A stretch of 60,880 nucleotides of DNA, filler included, from Sanchytrium tribonematis (Eukaryota): assembly GCA_018985235.1 (NCBI GenBank). It is 8 parts of 8 records of this genome, joined end to end, with 100 filler letters (N's around TTAATTAATTAA, not from the genome) between each part and the next. Parts side by side here need not be neighbours in the genome. Positions count along the whole stretch, not along the records: positions 30,713 to 38,195 come from JADGIG010000432.1; positions 38,296 to 45,776 come from JADGIG010000433.1; 6 more parts are not named here. One strand, written 5' to 3'. Positions within the stretch are counted from its first letter, which is position 1. Every line of letters starts with the position of its first letter. The position numbers were made by a program, and so were the translations under genes. The notes under the pieces were generated by a model. That model was not told the origin of the DNA. It saw nothing but the letters and a program-made list of their open reading frames with translations, and did no database searches. Below are positions 33,763 to 44,391 of the stretch, piece after piece.

Positions 33763-33953
33763 TTAAAAATGGGTAATGTCAAACATGTTTTGTAAACATG
33801 ACATGGCATTTGTCCTATTGATCACTGTGATCAAAGATCAATACACAGGAGACACATGTGACTGGATTTTACAGATTTGATTGGATTGGAGGGAGTTGTT
33901 TGTGTAACATCAATTCTTTTTAAAGCGAAAGGCACACATGGGTGGGAAAAGCA

Positions 33954-34298
33954 ATGTTTTGGATGTCTACTTTAATGGCTGTGAACTTAGTCGTAAGAAC
34001 TAACGAATATTTGTATCGTCTATTGGGAGCTCCATCTAATTGGCAAACGTCTGAAGAAAATATTTGGAAACAGTATCCATATGTGATGAAAAGAAAGGGA
34101 ATTTCAGAATTTGACGAATCTGGAGAGACAATGGTCAACTTGCAGCAAGTAATGGATGAAGCACCATTCTCCAGCTACATTACTGTTTACGGAATTACTG
34201 ATAGTTCTTCATGTAAAGCTAAATATTTTAAAACTCAAGTCTGTAGTGCTGACGATATTTTAAAACATTTGAAATCATGCTACAATCAACTGAAATAA
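33954..34298 (+). CDS. Small hypothetical, probably secreted protein
   Basis: Leader MFWMSTLMA; ends AAA-TAA-A. Confidence 0.5.
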   Translation: MFWMSTLMAVNLVVRTNEYLYRLLGAPSNWQTSEENIWKQYPYVMKRKGISEFDESGETMVNLQQVMDEAPFSSYITVYGITDSSSCKAKYFKTQVCSADDILKHLKSCYNQLK

Positions 34299-34384
34299 AT
34301 TATTTGAATCAAATCTCCGTTTCATCATATTTTTTGAAACTGATTAGGCAATTTGCATTTCTTCTAGAATTCTCTCCTTCTGAC

Positions 34385-35523
34385 ATGTTCTTTCAACTCG
34401 TGTGTGCCTCACTCTTTAAAGACCACTTTGACTCGTTAAAATGGAAGAAATCTCAAGAAGATGGTATTATGACCATCAAAAAACACAATCTATTGGATAT
34501 TAAAGGCTTTCAGACCACGACTGACTACAAATTCTACCATTATTTAACCCCAGTAGATGCCACACCTGCATTTCCATCCAAAAAAGACAGCCTCATCCTC
34601 CAATTCGCAGTCACATTCGAACAAGACATTGATTGTGGCGGAGGATATCTCAAGGTCATTCCGACCACTCCATTGAAAGAATTCAATTCCGATAGTAAAT
34701 ATCACATCATGTTTGGCCCAGATATCTGTGGACCCACTAAAAAAGTCCATTTTATCATCCATTACAAGGGTGAAAATCACCAATTAAAACACCATTTAAG
34801 TGCCCCTCACGACACTTTAATGCACATCTACACTCTAGAAATCACTGGTAAACAAGAATACAAGGTATATGTCGACAACAAAGTCATTAAAGAAGGTAAA
34901 ATTGTGGATGATTTTGATGTTTTGCCACCCAAACAAATTTTGGATCCTAAAGCCAAAAAACCAGAAGATTGGGATGATAGAATGAAAATAGATGATCCTA
35001 AAGATGAAAAACCAGATGATTGGGATAATGTTGAACAATATATTGATGATCCAGATGCAGAAAAGCCAGAAAATTGGGATGATGAAATGGATGGGACTTG
35101 GGAACCTGCACAAATTGTAAACCCAGAATACAAGGGAGAATGGAAGGCAAAACAAATTGATAATCCAAAATACAAGGGAGAATGGTAAATATTAACTGAT
35201 TTAGGGAGCATCCGATGATTAAAAATCCAGATTATAAATATGATGATTCTATTGTGAATTATGAGATTGGTGGACTTGCAATTGATGTATGGCAAGTAAA
35301 AGCAGGTACATTATACAGCCATGTATTATTAACTCGTGATTTGAAAGAAGCAGAAAAGGAAAGAGAAGAATTGATGGAATTAAAAGAAAAAGAAGAAGAA
35401 TTGAAAAAAGAAAAGGAAAAGAAGGATGCTGATGAAAAGGCAGAGAAATTAGAAAAGACTGAAGAGAAAGAAGACAAGGAGGAAGAGGAAGAAGAGGAAG
35501 AAGAAGAAAAGGAAGAATTGTAA
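34385..35523 (+). CDS. CALR: Calreticulin; exons 34385-35184 and 35205-35523
   Basis: IDCGGGYLK, IMFGPDICG, KPEDWD repeats, acidic tail ending KEEL; splice gives GEW|EHPMIKNPDY. Confidence 0.95.
35185..35204 (+). other. 20-nt intron (gtaaatattaactgatttag)
   Basis: Restores the conserved third P-domain repeat. Confidence 0.93.
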
Positions 35524-35571
35524 TAAATTCATTTTCAAATATTTTTTGCCAAATTTGCCACGGAGTGAAAC

Positions 35572-35769
35572 ATGAAAAGAGAGATTGCAAAATCATCTCA
35601 AAGTAAAAAAGAAGAGTCTAAAAAGACAGGTAAAGAAGAAAAAAAAGATAGAGATAGAAGAAGACCCCGTAAACCATATCAAAAGAGACCACGTCATAAG
35701 AAAGAAGTAGAAAAGACTCCTGAAGAATTGGATAAAGAATTACAGGAATATATGAGCAAAGAGGTATAA
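35572..35769 (+). CDS. Small basic protein with a Chtop/Aly-REF (FoP) C-terminal UAP56-binding motif
   Basis: KTPEELDKELQEYM after an R/K-rich stretch. Confidence 0.65.
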   Translation: MKREIAKSSQSKKEESKKTGKEEKKDRDRRRPRKPYQKRPRHKKEVEKTPEELDKELQEYMSKEV

Positions 35770-36082
35770 ATCATAATAAAAAGAGTATTATATTACATGA
35801 TAATGAGATTGTTTTAATAATACGCTACTGCAACTTTGGGTGAAAGGAAATGGTTTTGCAAACATTGGAGAGAAGTACTCTGAAATAGTGGAATGGACAA
35901 TGTAAATCGTTTTAGCTATATTTTAATCGCATTGCTGCAGTATAGATGCACGCCCTAATGAGGAATAACGGTGAACACTGGGCACAAGGCGAAAGGAGAA
36001 GAATCTTTGCAAAAATGTGAATAGATACACGCTACAAAACCGCTTAAATTGATTATATTGTCTAATTTAGATAATCTTGCAT

Positions 36083-36156
36083 GTTTTCGTGGTGTAGTTG
36101 GTTATCACGTCCGCCTAACACGCGGACGGTCTCCGGTTCGAACCCGGACGAAAACA
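36083..36156 (+). tRNA. tRNA-Val (AAC)
   Basis: Acceptor GTTTTCG/CGAAAAC; anticodon arm TCCGC-CTAACAC-GCGGA; T arm TCCGG-TTCGAAC-CCGGA; downstream T-run. Confidence 0.97.
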
Positions 36157-36241
36157 CTCCTTTATTTTACTTCTCATGACAATTTACATGTACTATTATT
36201 AATACTATAATCTTAGTTACCCATAAGTAAAAGAATTCAAT

Positions 36242-36559
36242 TTATTTTAAAATAGATTTCCCATTAGATTTACCTGATACATCACTCATAATCGTAGGAC
36301 TTCCCAAATCTTCCCAATGATGACATGGCAACATATCAGATACAATAGAATCTCTATCACTAAAATGTGATCTCAATTGTAATGCATATGATGATCTAAA
36401 GAAATATGGCTTCGATTGGCGTGAATAGAGACTATTTTGATGTTGATTTCTATCACAGACACGATATTGGATATATTTGATCGCGAATATGAGGAATATG
36501 AGACATACAGAGCAGATGATAATGGCTAAAAAGATGTAATTTTCATCAACCGAATTCAT
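36242..36559 (-). CDS. Small single-pass membrane protein
   Basis: N-terminal TM and Ser-rich tail; ends AAA-TAA-A. Confidence 0.55.
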   Translation of the reverse strand: MNSVDENYIFLAIIICSVCLIFLIFAIKYIQYRVCDRNQHQNSLYSRQSKPYFFRSSYALQLRSHFSDRDSIVSDMLPCHHWEDLGSPTIMSDVSGKSNGKSILK

Positions 36560-36738
36560 TTTGAAAGGGGTTTATCGACTCCGAATGATGATCATGGGTG
36601 ACAACGTGTTTTGTAGAATGTACTTGAGATACTTCATGCAATGAAGTTTAATTGGGATTGTAATTCAGATCCGTATATTATTAAATATCTCCCAATTTCA
36701 TTTGAAAAATAGCAAAATAGTTTGAAACTTGGAGATCA

Positions 36739-37542
36739 ATGCACATGTTATTAGAAATGTTGTTGACAGGTGGATGCTGCATCCTCTTCAATGTGGTATG
36801 CATCCTTTACACCATCAAATACCTCAAAATCAACTCAAAACCCACTAGAATTGCACTTTTTATATTCTCAAGTGCCATTCTCACCCATATATCCATGATT
36901 TGCTTCATTTATATACCACTGTTATCACTAGTAACCGCAATTACTTATTTCTCAGTCGTCATGGGTGTCGGATATGCTTACAAAACACGATTAATCTCAT
37001 TAGGTGTCTCTACCACCAAATTAGAACAATTTACTGTAAAATACACTATGTTTGTATTCTTCATTTGTGTATTAGGTGTCAGTATCGCAGGATCATTTAG
37101 ATTTCTGAATCTATTTGGTGATTTGTACATGTATTTGTCATTTGCATTTTTAATTGCAAATATTTCATGGGAAATCTTGTTATTCATCGTATTAATTAGG
37201 AAAGTTGATTTCTATTTTGAATATAGAAGATCATTACAATCATTATTACTACGTAAATCCACTATTTATTTCATTATTTTAATCATTTCTCTCATTTTAT
37301 CCATTATTTTCAATATTTTATATGGCACTGGTCCAGATAAACTCATAGAAGGTCATTTAAGAACATGGACATACTCATTAAGATCCATTATACTTGTAGA
37401 TTTCTATAAAGACATTAAATTGCGATTTCATCAAAATGAACATTCTTTGAGATTTGCAACTTTGGAGTATTTGAAATCATATCATTCACAAATAGACTCA
37501 CAAATAGATTCTAGAATAGAATTAAGCATTGTTGAACAATAA
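36739..37542 (+). CDS. Seven-TM receptor-like membrane protein
   Basis: About 7 TM; tandem paralog at 37704. Confidence 0.7.
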   Translation: MHMLLEMLLTGGCCILFNVVCILYTIKYLKINSKPTRIALFIFSSAILTHISMICFIYIPLLSLVTAITYFSVVMGVGYAYKTRLISLGVSTTKLEQFTVKYTMFVFFICVLGVSIAGSFRFLNLFGDLYMYLSFAFLIANISWEILLFIVLIRKVDFYFEYRRSLQSLLLRKSTIYFIILIISLILSIIFNILYGTGPDKLIEGHLRTWTYSLRSIILVDFYKDIKLRFHQNEHSLRFATLEYLKSYHSQIDSQIDSRIELSIVEQ

Positions 37543-37703
37543 ATACCATTTTAAAATGATGATTTTCAAACTGGGAGTCATTAGATGGATCACATGATGC
37601 TTTTTATCGAATCAATTGGCATAAAAAACATCTAGCCAGTCCATAGACCATCCAATGATTCGCTATCATATTTTAGTGCCATCTGGCATCAAACGTGGAG
37701 TAT

Positions 37704-38195
37704 ATGAAGATCATTTTGACCACCATTTTGGCATTTACCGTGGTTTCCAATGTGGTGAGCCTCATTTATACCATCAAGCAACTCCAATACACTTCCAAAC
37801 CAGCTAAAACAGCCATTACCATATTCATATCATCCATTATAGCCCATATTTGTCTGTATTTGATGCTCCCCATTTATTCTGATGTTTTTGCATTTCCTGC
37901 TACGTTGTGCTTTATCATCATATTTATGGGTATTGCTTTAGCGTATAAACAACGCATTTATGCACTAGGCATCTCATTATCCCAATTTGAACATTTAATT
38001 ACCAAATTAACCCTCCCAATTTTCACCATTTGCATTTCTGGCATTATTTCAACAGGCATTTTAACATTTTTATATCAAAATACCCTCTATTATTTCTATA
38101 TTGGCACCGCATTCTTGTCTATCAGTATCCTATATGAATTATTATTATTTCTAGTCGTCATCAACAAATTAAATTTCTATTTTGACCATCGCCCC
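37704..38195 (+). CDS. Seven-TM receptor-like paralog, 3'-truncated
   Basis: YTIK.L..SKP, AYK.R..LG and E.LLF.V.I.K..FYF shared with 36739. Confidence 0.75.
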
Positions 38196-38295
38196 NNNNN
38201 NNNNNNNNNNNNNNNNNNNNNNNNNNNNNNNNNNNNNNNTTAATTAATTAANNNNNNNNNNNNNNNNNNNNNNNNNNNNNNNNNNNNNNNNNNNN
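38196..38295. other. Artificial contig spacer
   Basis: N44-TTAATTAATTAA-N44. Confidence 0.99.
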
Positions 38296-38832
38296 TTAGA
38301 GTATACAAAAGGAGCTGTCGATCAGCTGAAAGGAAGTGTAGAGAACTCTTTAGAAATCAAAAACTATACCATTTTAAATGTTCTGGATGAATCCCAAAGT
38401 ATTTTAGATGAATCTGAAAATAGTTTACAAGATATTATGTACAGAGCGCAAATATTACCATATCAAACCATTTTTGCAATGTTTAGAAAATTTACGCATG
38501 AAGAATTACTGGAGGATCTTACCGAAATTTGTTATGAAATTCAGGGTAATTTCATTATCAAAAGTGAGTTGTGTTTTAATGAGAAAAGCATTATTTCTGC
38601 CCGAAATGACATCCTTTTAAAGTTATCTTCTGGTTTTCCTTTTTTAAAGTCTGATGTTCAGTCGAATTTGTTAAATGAAGACCTTTTAATTATACTAAAA
38701 CCTCTTTGTATTTTAGAAGACCAATTGTGGCGATGTAAATACAACGCGGATACGGACTTTGAAATTCAATTTCCAAAATACCACGAAAGGCAGAAGCGTT
38801 TGGTAGCGGAGTTGGAATTAAGCCTGGACTAG
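38296..38832 (+). CDS. RNA polymerase III subunit RPC5-like, C-terminal fragment
   Basis: IQGNFIIKS, ARNDIL, W...ADTDF...FP....Q resemble POLR3E; open from the contig edge. Confidence 0.55.
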   Translation, partial: LEYTKGAVDQLKGSVENSLEIKNYTILNVLDESQSILDESENSLQDIMYRAQILPYQTIFAMFRKFTHEELLEDLTEICYEIQGNFIIKSELCFNEKSIISARNDILLKLSSGFPFLKSDVQSNLLNEDLLIILKPLCILEDQLWRCKYNADTDFEIQFPKYHERQKRLVAELELSLD

Positions 38833-38913
38833 TATCAATCTACAATAATTAACTAATAAAAATATTGTCGCGATTGTATTTCTTAGATAATCTCCAGGTT
38901 TTATATTCTCAAA

Positions 38914-39471
38914 ATGCTTTCTCGTTATCTTTTACAAGGATTTCGAACCACTTACAAATATAATGCAGCTACAAAGATGGAGCCATTTCAACCTCAGAAT
39001 AAAGCTGAATTCGCGCTTACATCAATTGATAAACTAGTCAATTATATTCGAACTGGCAGTATTTGGCCAATGACATTTGGGCTAGCTTGTTGTGCCGTGG
39101 AAATGATGCATATGGCGGCTAGTCGATATGATCAAGATCGATTTGGAATATTGTTTAGAGCTAGTCCAAGACAATCTGATGTGATGATTGTTGCTGGCAC
39201 ACTCACTAATAAAATGTCACCTGCACTGAGGAAGGTATATGATCAGATGCCTGAACCTAGATGGGTCATATCAATGGGAAGTTGCGCAAATGGCGGTGGC
39301 TATTATCACTACTCTTATGCGGTTGTGCGCGGTTGCGACAGAATTGTTCCTGTTGACATTTATGTTCCAGGATGTCCGCCCACGGCAGAAGCATTGCTCT
39401 ATGGTGTATTGCAACTACAAAAGAAAATTAAAAAGACAAGAAACGTTACATACTGGTATAGGCAGCAATAA
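38914..39471 (+). CDS. NDUFS7: Complex I PSST subunit
   Basis: [36 protein letters not shown]. Confidence 0.98.
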   Translation: MLSRYLLQGFRTTYKYNAATKMEPFQPQNKAEFALTSIDKLVNYIRTGSIWPMTFGLACCAVEMMHMAASRYDQDRFGILFRASPRQSDVMIVAGTLTNKMSPALRKVYDQMPEPRWVISMGSCANGGGYYHYSYAVVRGCDRIVPVDIYVPGCPPTAEALLYGVLQLQKKIKKTRNVTYWYRQQ

Positions 39472-39488
39472 ATCAATTTTAAATGATT

Positions 39489-39854
39489 TTATTGATCATA
39501 AACAGTTATAAAATCAATTTTAGAATTTGGATCTTCATATACGGTAATAAACTCGTCCTCTTGTGGTTTGTATTCAGTAATAAATTTTAATGCGCGGTCG
39601 TCATAGGTGGTTATAAAATCTACTGGTTCCTCTTTGTATGTCGTTATAAATTCGAGAGGTTTGTCTTCATATGTGGTAATAAACTCTAAAGATCCACCTG
39701 GTGATATCATTTTATCTTTACCTTCTGTCGATTGATCTTTTATTTCTTCTTCATAAATTGAATCTTTTCTTTGGTTGACTTTCTTGGAATGTTTAAATAT
39801 TTTGGACAGCATCTGAGAAAACCCACAACCAACATTATTATTAATCGTTTTCAT
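39489..39854 (-). CDS. Small protein with six tandem (E/D/K)FITxY repeats
   Basis: Repeats of about 11 aa (33 nt) kept in frame; ends CAA-TAA-A. Confidence 0.7.
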   Translation of the reverse strand: MKTINNNVGCGFSQMLSKIFKHSKKVNQRKDSIYEEEIKDQSTEGKDKMISPGGSLEFITTYEDKPLEFITTYKEEPVDFITTYDDRALKFITEYKPQEDEFITVYEDPNSKIDFITVYDQ

Positions 39855-39951
39855 TTTACTTTGTTTAATGTTGACCCCTTTTACTTAAAGTGTGTACAAA
39901 ATGCACATGTTGAAATAATGTCACAAACGTCTCGAAATATTTATTGACCTT

Positions 39952-41787
39952 TTATTCGTAAAAAGAATCACAATAGTTTTGAGTTAAATCAGAATCTTTG
40001 GCTTCCTGATCTGATATTGGGCGGATTTTTTTATACTTGACATATTCAAATGCTTCTGCATTCTTGGTCCTAAGTTCTGATAACCACGAATTAAAAGTAG
40101 CACTCTCATTTTCACTTGGACATACAGATCTTACTAATGTTATGGCAGAATCGGCTATATCCTCATTTCCTTCAGATATCTCTTTTTCGATAAATTTTGT
40201 CATTGCGTGAATGGTTTCCGTGACGCGGTCCTCATCTTCTAGTGCTTGCACAAAATCATTTTCAAAGCTTTCTTTTGTGATTTCTACATCCGGTATCACA
40301 GAATTTAAACTTGCCAACTCCAACAACTCATCCAAGTCGGCATCTATTCCAGTTTTGACGCTCATTTTCATTTTCTTTTTGTAAATCTTTTCAGTCATGT
40401 CGTCATCCGGTATTTTATCCTTGTAATTCTCAACTAGCTGAATAAATGTTTTAGATGGTTGCATTTCTGCTTTGAGATGCGGTGGCAATTCGAAATCAAC
40501 TTTTCTCCCAAGATATTTTAACAAACTGACATAATAAATGTAATGATAAGACAGCAAATGGTATTTTGACACATCTACATCATTTTCTAGAGATCCTTTA
40601 ATAATCTTGTCGAAAGCATCCTGGGTATTGCGACTAGGTTTTGCACTTTTCCATACATTTTCATGTTTTGAATTGTTTTCATTAGGAAGCCCTGGAAATG
40701 GGAATTTTCGAACATCTTGTTGATAAGGAATATACTGAAGGAGTCCATAATACGATCCTTCGTCGTAAACTGGTCGTAAAACTCCTAGTCTTTGATGGGT
40801 ATTCACTCTAGTCTGGACTCTCAAAACAGCACACATAGACTTATTAAGCAAGCTTTGGATAAAAGCTTGAAAGCAAATTTGACCTTTTTTATCGCCTTTA
40901 ACAATCCAAACATGGGACAAGCAACATTCTATGTCGAATTTTTCTAATGGAATACTTCCAAGGTAATCAACCCCTCTTGGTGACTCATCTTTAGCCTTTA
41001 AGTAAGCCGCATCTGCATCATCAAGTACCACCAATGCATTAGCATATTTGTATGCTATGCGATAAGAATCTGGCCCCTCACGTTCGTTTAAATTAACAGA
41101 TGCTTGTTCAGATTGATCAGCATCTTTTTCTGCCACTTCCAAATCTGCTTCTTCAACACTCTCTTTCACTTCATGTAGTGTTGGTCCAATTGTTCTGGTA
41201 GTTTTTGTAAGAATTTTAATGTCAAATTTTATCTGATCAGTAATGTACAATGGTCCGCTATAAGACGTACTCTCTCTAACAGATTTTACAAAAAACAAGT
41301 CTAACAAATTTACCTGAAAAGGCAATTTTAAATTGTGTCTAGTTTTCGTTGTATAATAATGTGGCTCTATATGAATTGCATGCAACTGCTGTAAAAATTG
41401 GCTCTCTTCTGTTTTGTCGCTAAATTCAAATTCATGATCATTTAAAATGACCAGTTGGTTTATGTTGGTTTTCAATTTTTTCTTCAATTCACCTTGCTGT
41501 TGTTTTAACAATTCCACTGCCTCAAAGGTTCCACTAACAACATCAATTTGGCTGGGATCTTCCACTTCATGCTTTTTGTTTACTTCATATAGCACTTGTC
41601 GCAAATCAGATTCTTCTTCGATAAGTCTGGCTGTGATATGATCATAGTCTTGACTATTATCTTTGTCCTTGGTACCCACGAGCACAACTATTGAGTTATA
41701 CCAAGCATAGTGATACATCATTAATTTGGCAAGATATATTTGCACATTATGAATCCGTAAATCCACAACAAATGCAGTTAACGGCAT
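39952..41787 (-). CDS. KU80: Ku80-like NHEJ protein
   Basis: vWA start (AFVVD), AYKY..LV, AFIQSL...AVLR, IPYQQDVRKFPF and a Ku80-type helical C-terminus. Confidence 0.7.
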   Translation of the reverse strand: MPLTAFVVDLRIHNVQIYLAKLMMYHYAWYNSIVVLVGTKDKDNSQDYDHITARLIEEESDLRQVLYEVNKKHEVEDPSQIDVVSGTFEAVELLKQQQGELKKKLKTNINQLVILNDHEFEFSDKTEESQFLQQLHAIHIEPHYYTTKTRHNLKLPFQVNLLDLFFVKSVRESTSYSGPLYITDQIKFDIKILTKTTRTIGPTLHEVKESVEEADLEVAEKDADQSEQASVNLNEREGPDSYRIAYKYANALVVLDDADAAYLKAKDESPRGVDYLGSIPLEKFDIECCLSHVWIVKGDKKGQICFQAFIQSLLNKSMCAVLRVQTRVNTHQRLGVLRPVYDEGSYYGLLQYIPYQQDVRKFPFPGLPNENNSKHENVWKSAKPSRNTQDAFDKIIKGSLENDVDVSKYHLLSYHYIYYVSLLKYLGRKVDFELPPHLKAEMQPSKTFIQLVENYKDKIPDDDMTEKIYKKKMKMSVKTGIDADLDELLELASLNSVIPDVEITKESFENDFVQALEDEDRVTETIHAMTKFIEKEISEGNEDIADSAITLVRSVCPSENESATFNSWLSELRTKNAEAFEYVKYKKIRPISDQEAKDSDLTQNYCDSFYE

Positions 41788-41816
41788 CAGACAAGGGTTA
41801 AGTTTAAAACTTTATA

Positions 41817-43277
41817 ATGGATTTTATTAATTTACAAATAGAAGATGAATCTTTTATTCAATTACAATGCACAGTTCCTAAAGAGCAAATTTATTCAAAA
41901 TCTATTTCTCAAGATCAAATCCAATTGCAATGCACTGCGCCAGATCAAATTACAGTTGCCGAAAAAATGGAACTGAGTACTTTAAGCCATATTCAATTCT
42001 CAACACAAAATAGCAACAATTCTAATGAGCCTGTGGTTAATTTAAATACCCCAGAATTTGCCAATGATAAAATTACGTCAATGAATTTGGAAAGCCCTTT
42101 AGACGGTGAAAATATGGTTTTGACAGGGGAGTTGGCTAACCCTGACGCGCTTATAATCCATAAGGTGATTCACTCAACAGCAAATTTGGAAAATCTAATT
42201 GAATTTAAATCTCAATCCTATAAAAATCTTAATCATAGTAATCAAGAAGAAGCATTAAAATACACAAAAGATGAAATAATCGCAACCAAAACAGGTTCTG
42301 TTGTCACTACGGATAATGATAAATTAGTTATGGTCGATTCTCTTCCCACTGAAAAAAAATCGACGTTATTGGAGGAAAATAAAGTGAGCAATTTGAGCGA
42401 TTTCGATGTTATGAAAATGTCCAAGATACATCCAATGGAGAGTTGCCATCCATACAATTGCTTAACTCCCCCTTCACAAATCCTTCCAACTCCAACACCG
42501 CCTCCTTCGAGATCTAAATTGCTGGCTGCGTCTCCACAGAAAGCCCAAAGCGCGGACGATTGTTTTGACTTTGACACAAATTTACTAATTCCAAATCAAA
42601 AAACACTCGAACTGGTATCGGATGGAAAGGTGTTTAATTCTGCATTGAAAAAATTCGAGACTCAAATCAATGATCAAACAAATCATGGGGACTGTCTATC
42701 TGTTGTCGAAGCTTCTATTATTGAAGATTATGATCTCCCTATGATTCCAGCTCCTGCGCCTATTGATTATTTCAGCTCAACAATGGATGACAAAGTCAAT
42801 ACTATTTTATTTCTGTCCTTTCAGTTTATAATACTAGATGACTCAGGACACATTCAAGATTTGATTGCACATCGAGGTGGTCATTTTGTGGAAAATTTCC
42901 CAAAGGACATTCGCACTGATTTGCAAGTCATTTTAATAGCAAAGCGGCCAGACGAGTCTATGGAATTCCTCTATAGTCTTGCTTCAAATGTACCGAAAAT
43001 CGCATCCTTTTGGATTGATGATTGCATCGAAGCAAATGATATAATTTCATTTCAAGGGTATCATTTGGCTAATGGATATGTTAAGGATTCTCCAATTTTC
43101 GCCACTTATGTACCTCATATATTAGACGGAGTGTGCTTTAATCTGGACACGAATGAGTGGCAATTTTTATTGGCTCAATGTGGAGCAGAATTATCTTCAA
43201 TTGGATTAAAATTCAATTCTAGGTTATTTATATTGAGTCTTATTCAGCAAAAGAATTTATTCAAATCTATATATTAA
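41817..43277 (+). CDS. BRCT protein, Rad9/Crb2/53BP1-like C-terminus
   Basis: LIA......FLYSLASNVPKIASFWIDDC......YHLANGY resembles 53BP1 BRCT1; disordered S/TQ-containing N-terminus. Confidence 0.55.
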   Translation: MDFINLQIEDESFIQLQCTVPKEQIYSKSISQDQIQLQCTAPDQITVAEKMELSTLSHIQFSTQNSNNSNEPVVNLNTPEFANDKITSMNLESPLDGENMVLTGELANPDALIIHKVIHSTANLENLIEFKSQSYKNLNHSNQEEALKYTKDEIIATKTGSVVTTDNDKLVMVDSLPTEKKSTLLEENKVSNLSDFDVMKMSKIHPMESCHPYNCLTPPSQILPTPTPPPSRSKLLAASPQKAQSADDCFDFDTNLLIPNQKTLELVSDGKVFNSALKKFETQINDQTNHGDCLSVVEASIIEDYDLPMIPAPAPIDYFSSTMDDKVNTILFLSFQFIILDDSGHIQDLIAHRGGHFVENFPKDIRTDLQVILIAKRPDESMEFLYSLASNVPKIASFWIDDCIEANDIISFQGYHLANGYVKDSPIFATYVPHILDGVCFNLDTNEWQFLLAQCGAELSSIGLKFNSRLFILSLIQQKNLFKSIY

Positions 43278-44391
43278 CTACTGAACTACCACACTCCAAG
43301 GATGGTCAATTTCTCCATATTGAATAGATAAGATTTTTTCGTTGAAATATTTGGCAAGCTCGCCAGCCTCACTTTTAGGGTTTTTGGGATCTAGTGGGAT
43401 TTTTACATCTTTCCCATTGTAATTTATGTTCTTGATTGGTGCTACAATACACGCAGTTCCAGCTCCAAACATTTCGATAATCTTAATTAAAAAATTATAC
43501 CTCATTTTTCTTTTGTTTTTCTAGAATGTCTGTCATGGTAATTTTACCTTCTCTAACCTTAATTCCATTTTCTTGAGCCAATTTTAAAATGCTATCTCGA
43601 GTGACTCCTGGTAAAATAGTCCCGTCTTTTAGTGGAGGAGTAACTAGTTCAGCTTCCCCATTGTTTTTCCAGTAAACAAATACATTCATGGTTCCTACCT
43701 CTGACAACTCATCATCCACAAGCCATAATATCTGAGAATGGCCCTTTTCCTGGGACAATTTTTGTGGAAGAATAGTTGGTCCATAATTTGACCCTATTTT
43801 GTAGGCACCAGAGCCACCTCTCCATGCCCTAGCGTACTCTTTTGTAGCGTACAAACTGACTGCTTTAAATCCCTCTTTGAAATACGGCCCAACTGGTGAG
43901 CAGATTACAAATAATTTGGCCTTTAAAGATGGAGAGACACCCAATGATGCGGAAGTACCAATTACAGTTGGCCTTAGATAAAGTGAAAATCCTTTTCGGT
44001 CCGGTATAAATTTGGAATCTACTTTGCATAATTCTTTGATATAATGCAGAAGCTCGGATTCTTTAATGGTGGGTAATGCAAGTCTTTCACAAGAAGATTT
44101 TAGTCTTTTCATGTTCATATCCGGCCTAAATAATCGTATCTTTCCGGATTTATCTTTGTAAGCTTTTAATCCTTCAAAGCATTCGGTCGCGTAATGAAAA
44201 ACTGAGCAGCTTGGATCTAATGATAATTTTTGGTATGGTATAATTCTGGGATCTTTCCATTCTTTATCGAAATCAATCTCAAACATATGATCACTAAACT
44301 GCTGTCCGAATACTAGTGTGTCTAGATTTGGCAAAGATTTCGGGCTTGTTGTTTTCTTTATCAAGATTTTACTCAAGCTTCTTCGAAACAT
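43278..44391 (-). CDS. BAT1: Branched-chain amino acid aminotransferase; exons 44391-43501 and 43481-43278
   Basis: FSDHM, FEGLKAY, LYLRPT, KIGSNYG, EVGTMN, ILPGVTR; splice gives E|IIEMFGAGTA. Confidence 0.95.
43482..43500 (-). other. 19-nt intron (gtataattttttaattaag)
   Basis: Joins the BCAT ORFs in frame before EMFGAGTA. Confidence 0.92.

Noticed and set aside
35800..36060. Possible ncRNA (snR30/U17 or RNase P/MRP) upstream of the tRNA
   Set aside because: TATTCCT and AAACCAT occur on the minus strand and a 7-bp GGTTTTG/CAAAACC pairing exists, but there is no basal stem, properly placed ACA box or P4 consensus. An Rfam/Infernal scan would be needed.
42795..42824. 30-nt in-frame GT-AG intron in the BRCT gene
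   Set aside because: Wrong length class, lacks the TNAT motif, and encodes LFLSFQF, which fits a BRCT first strand.
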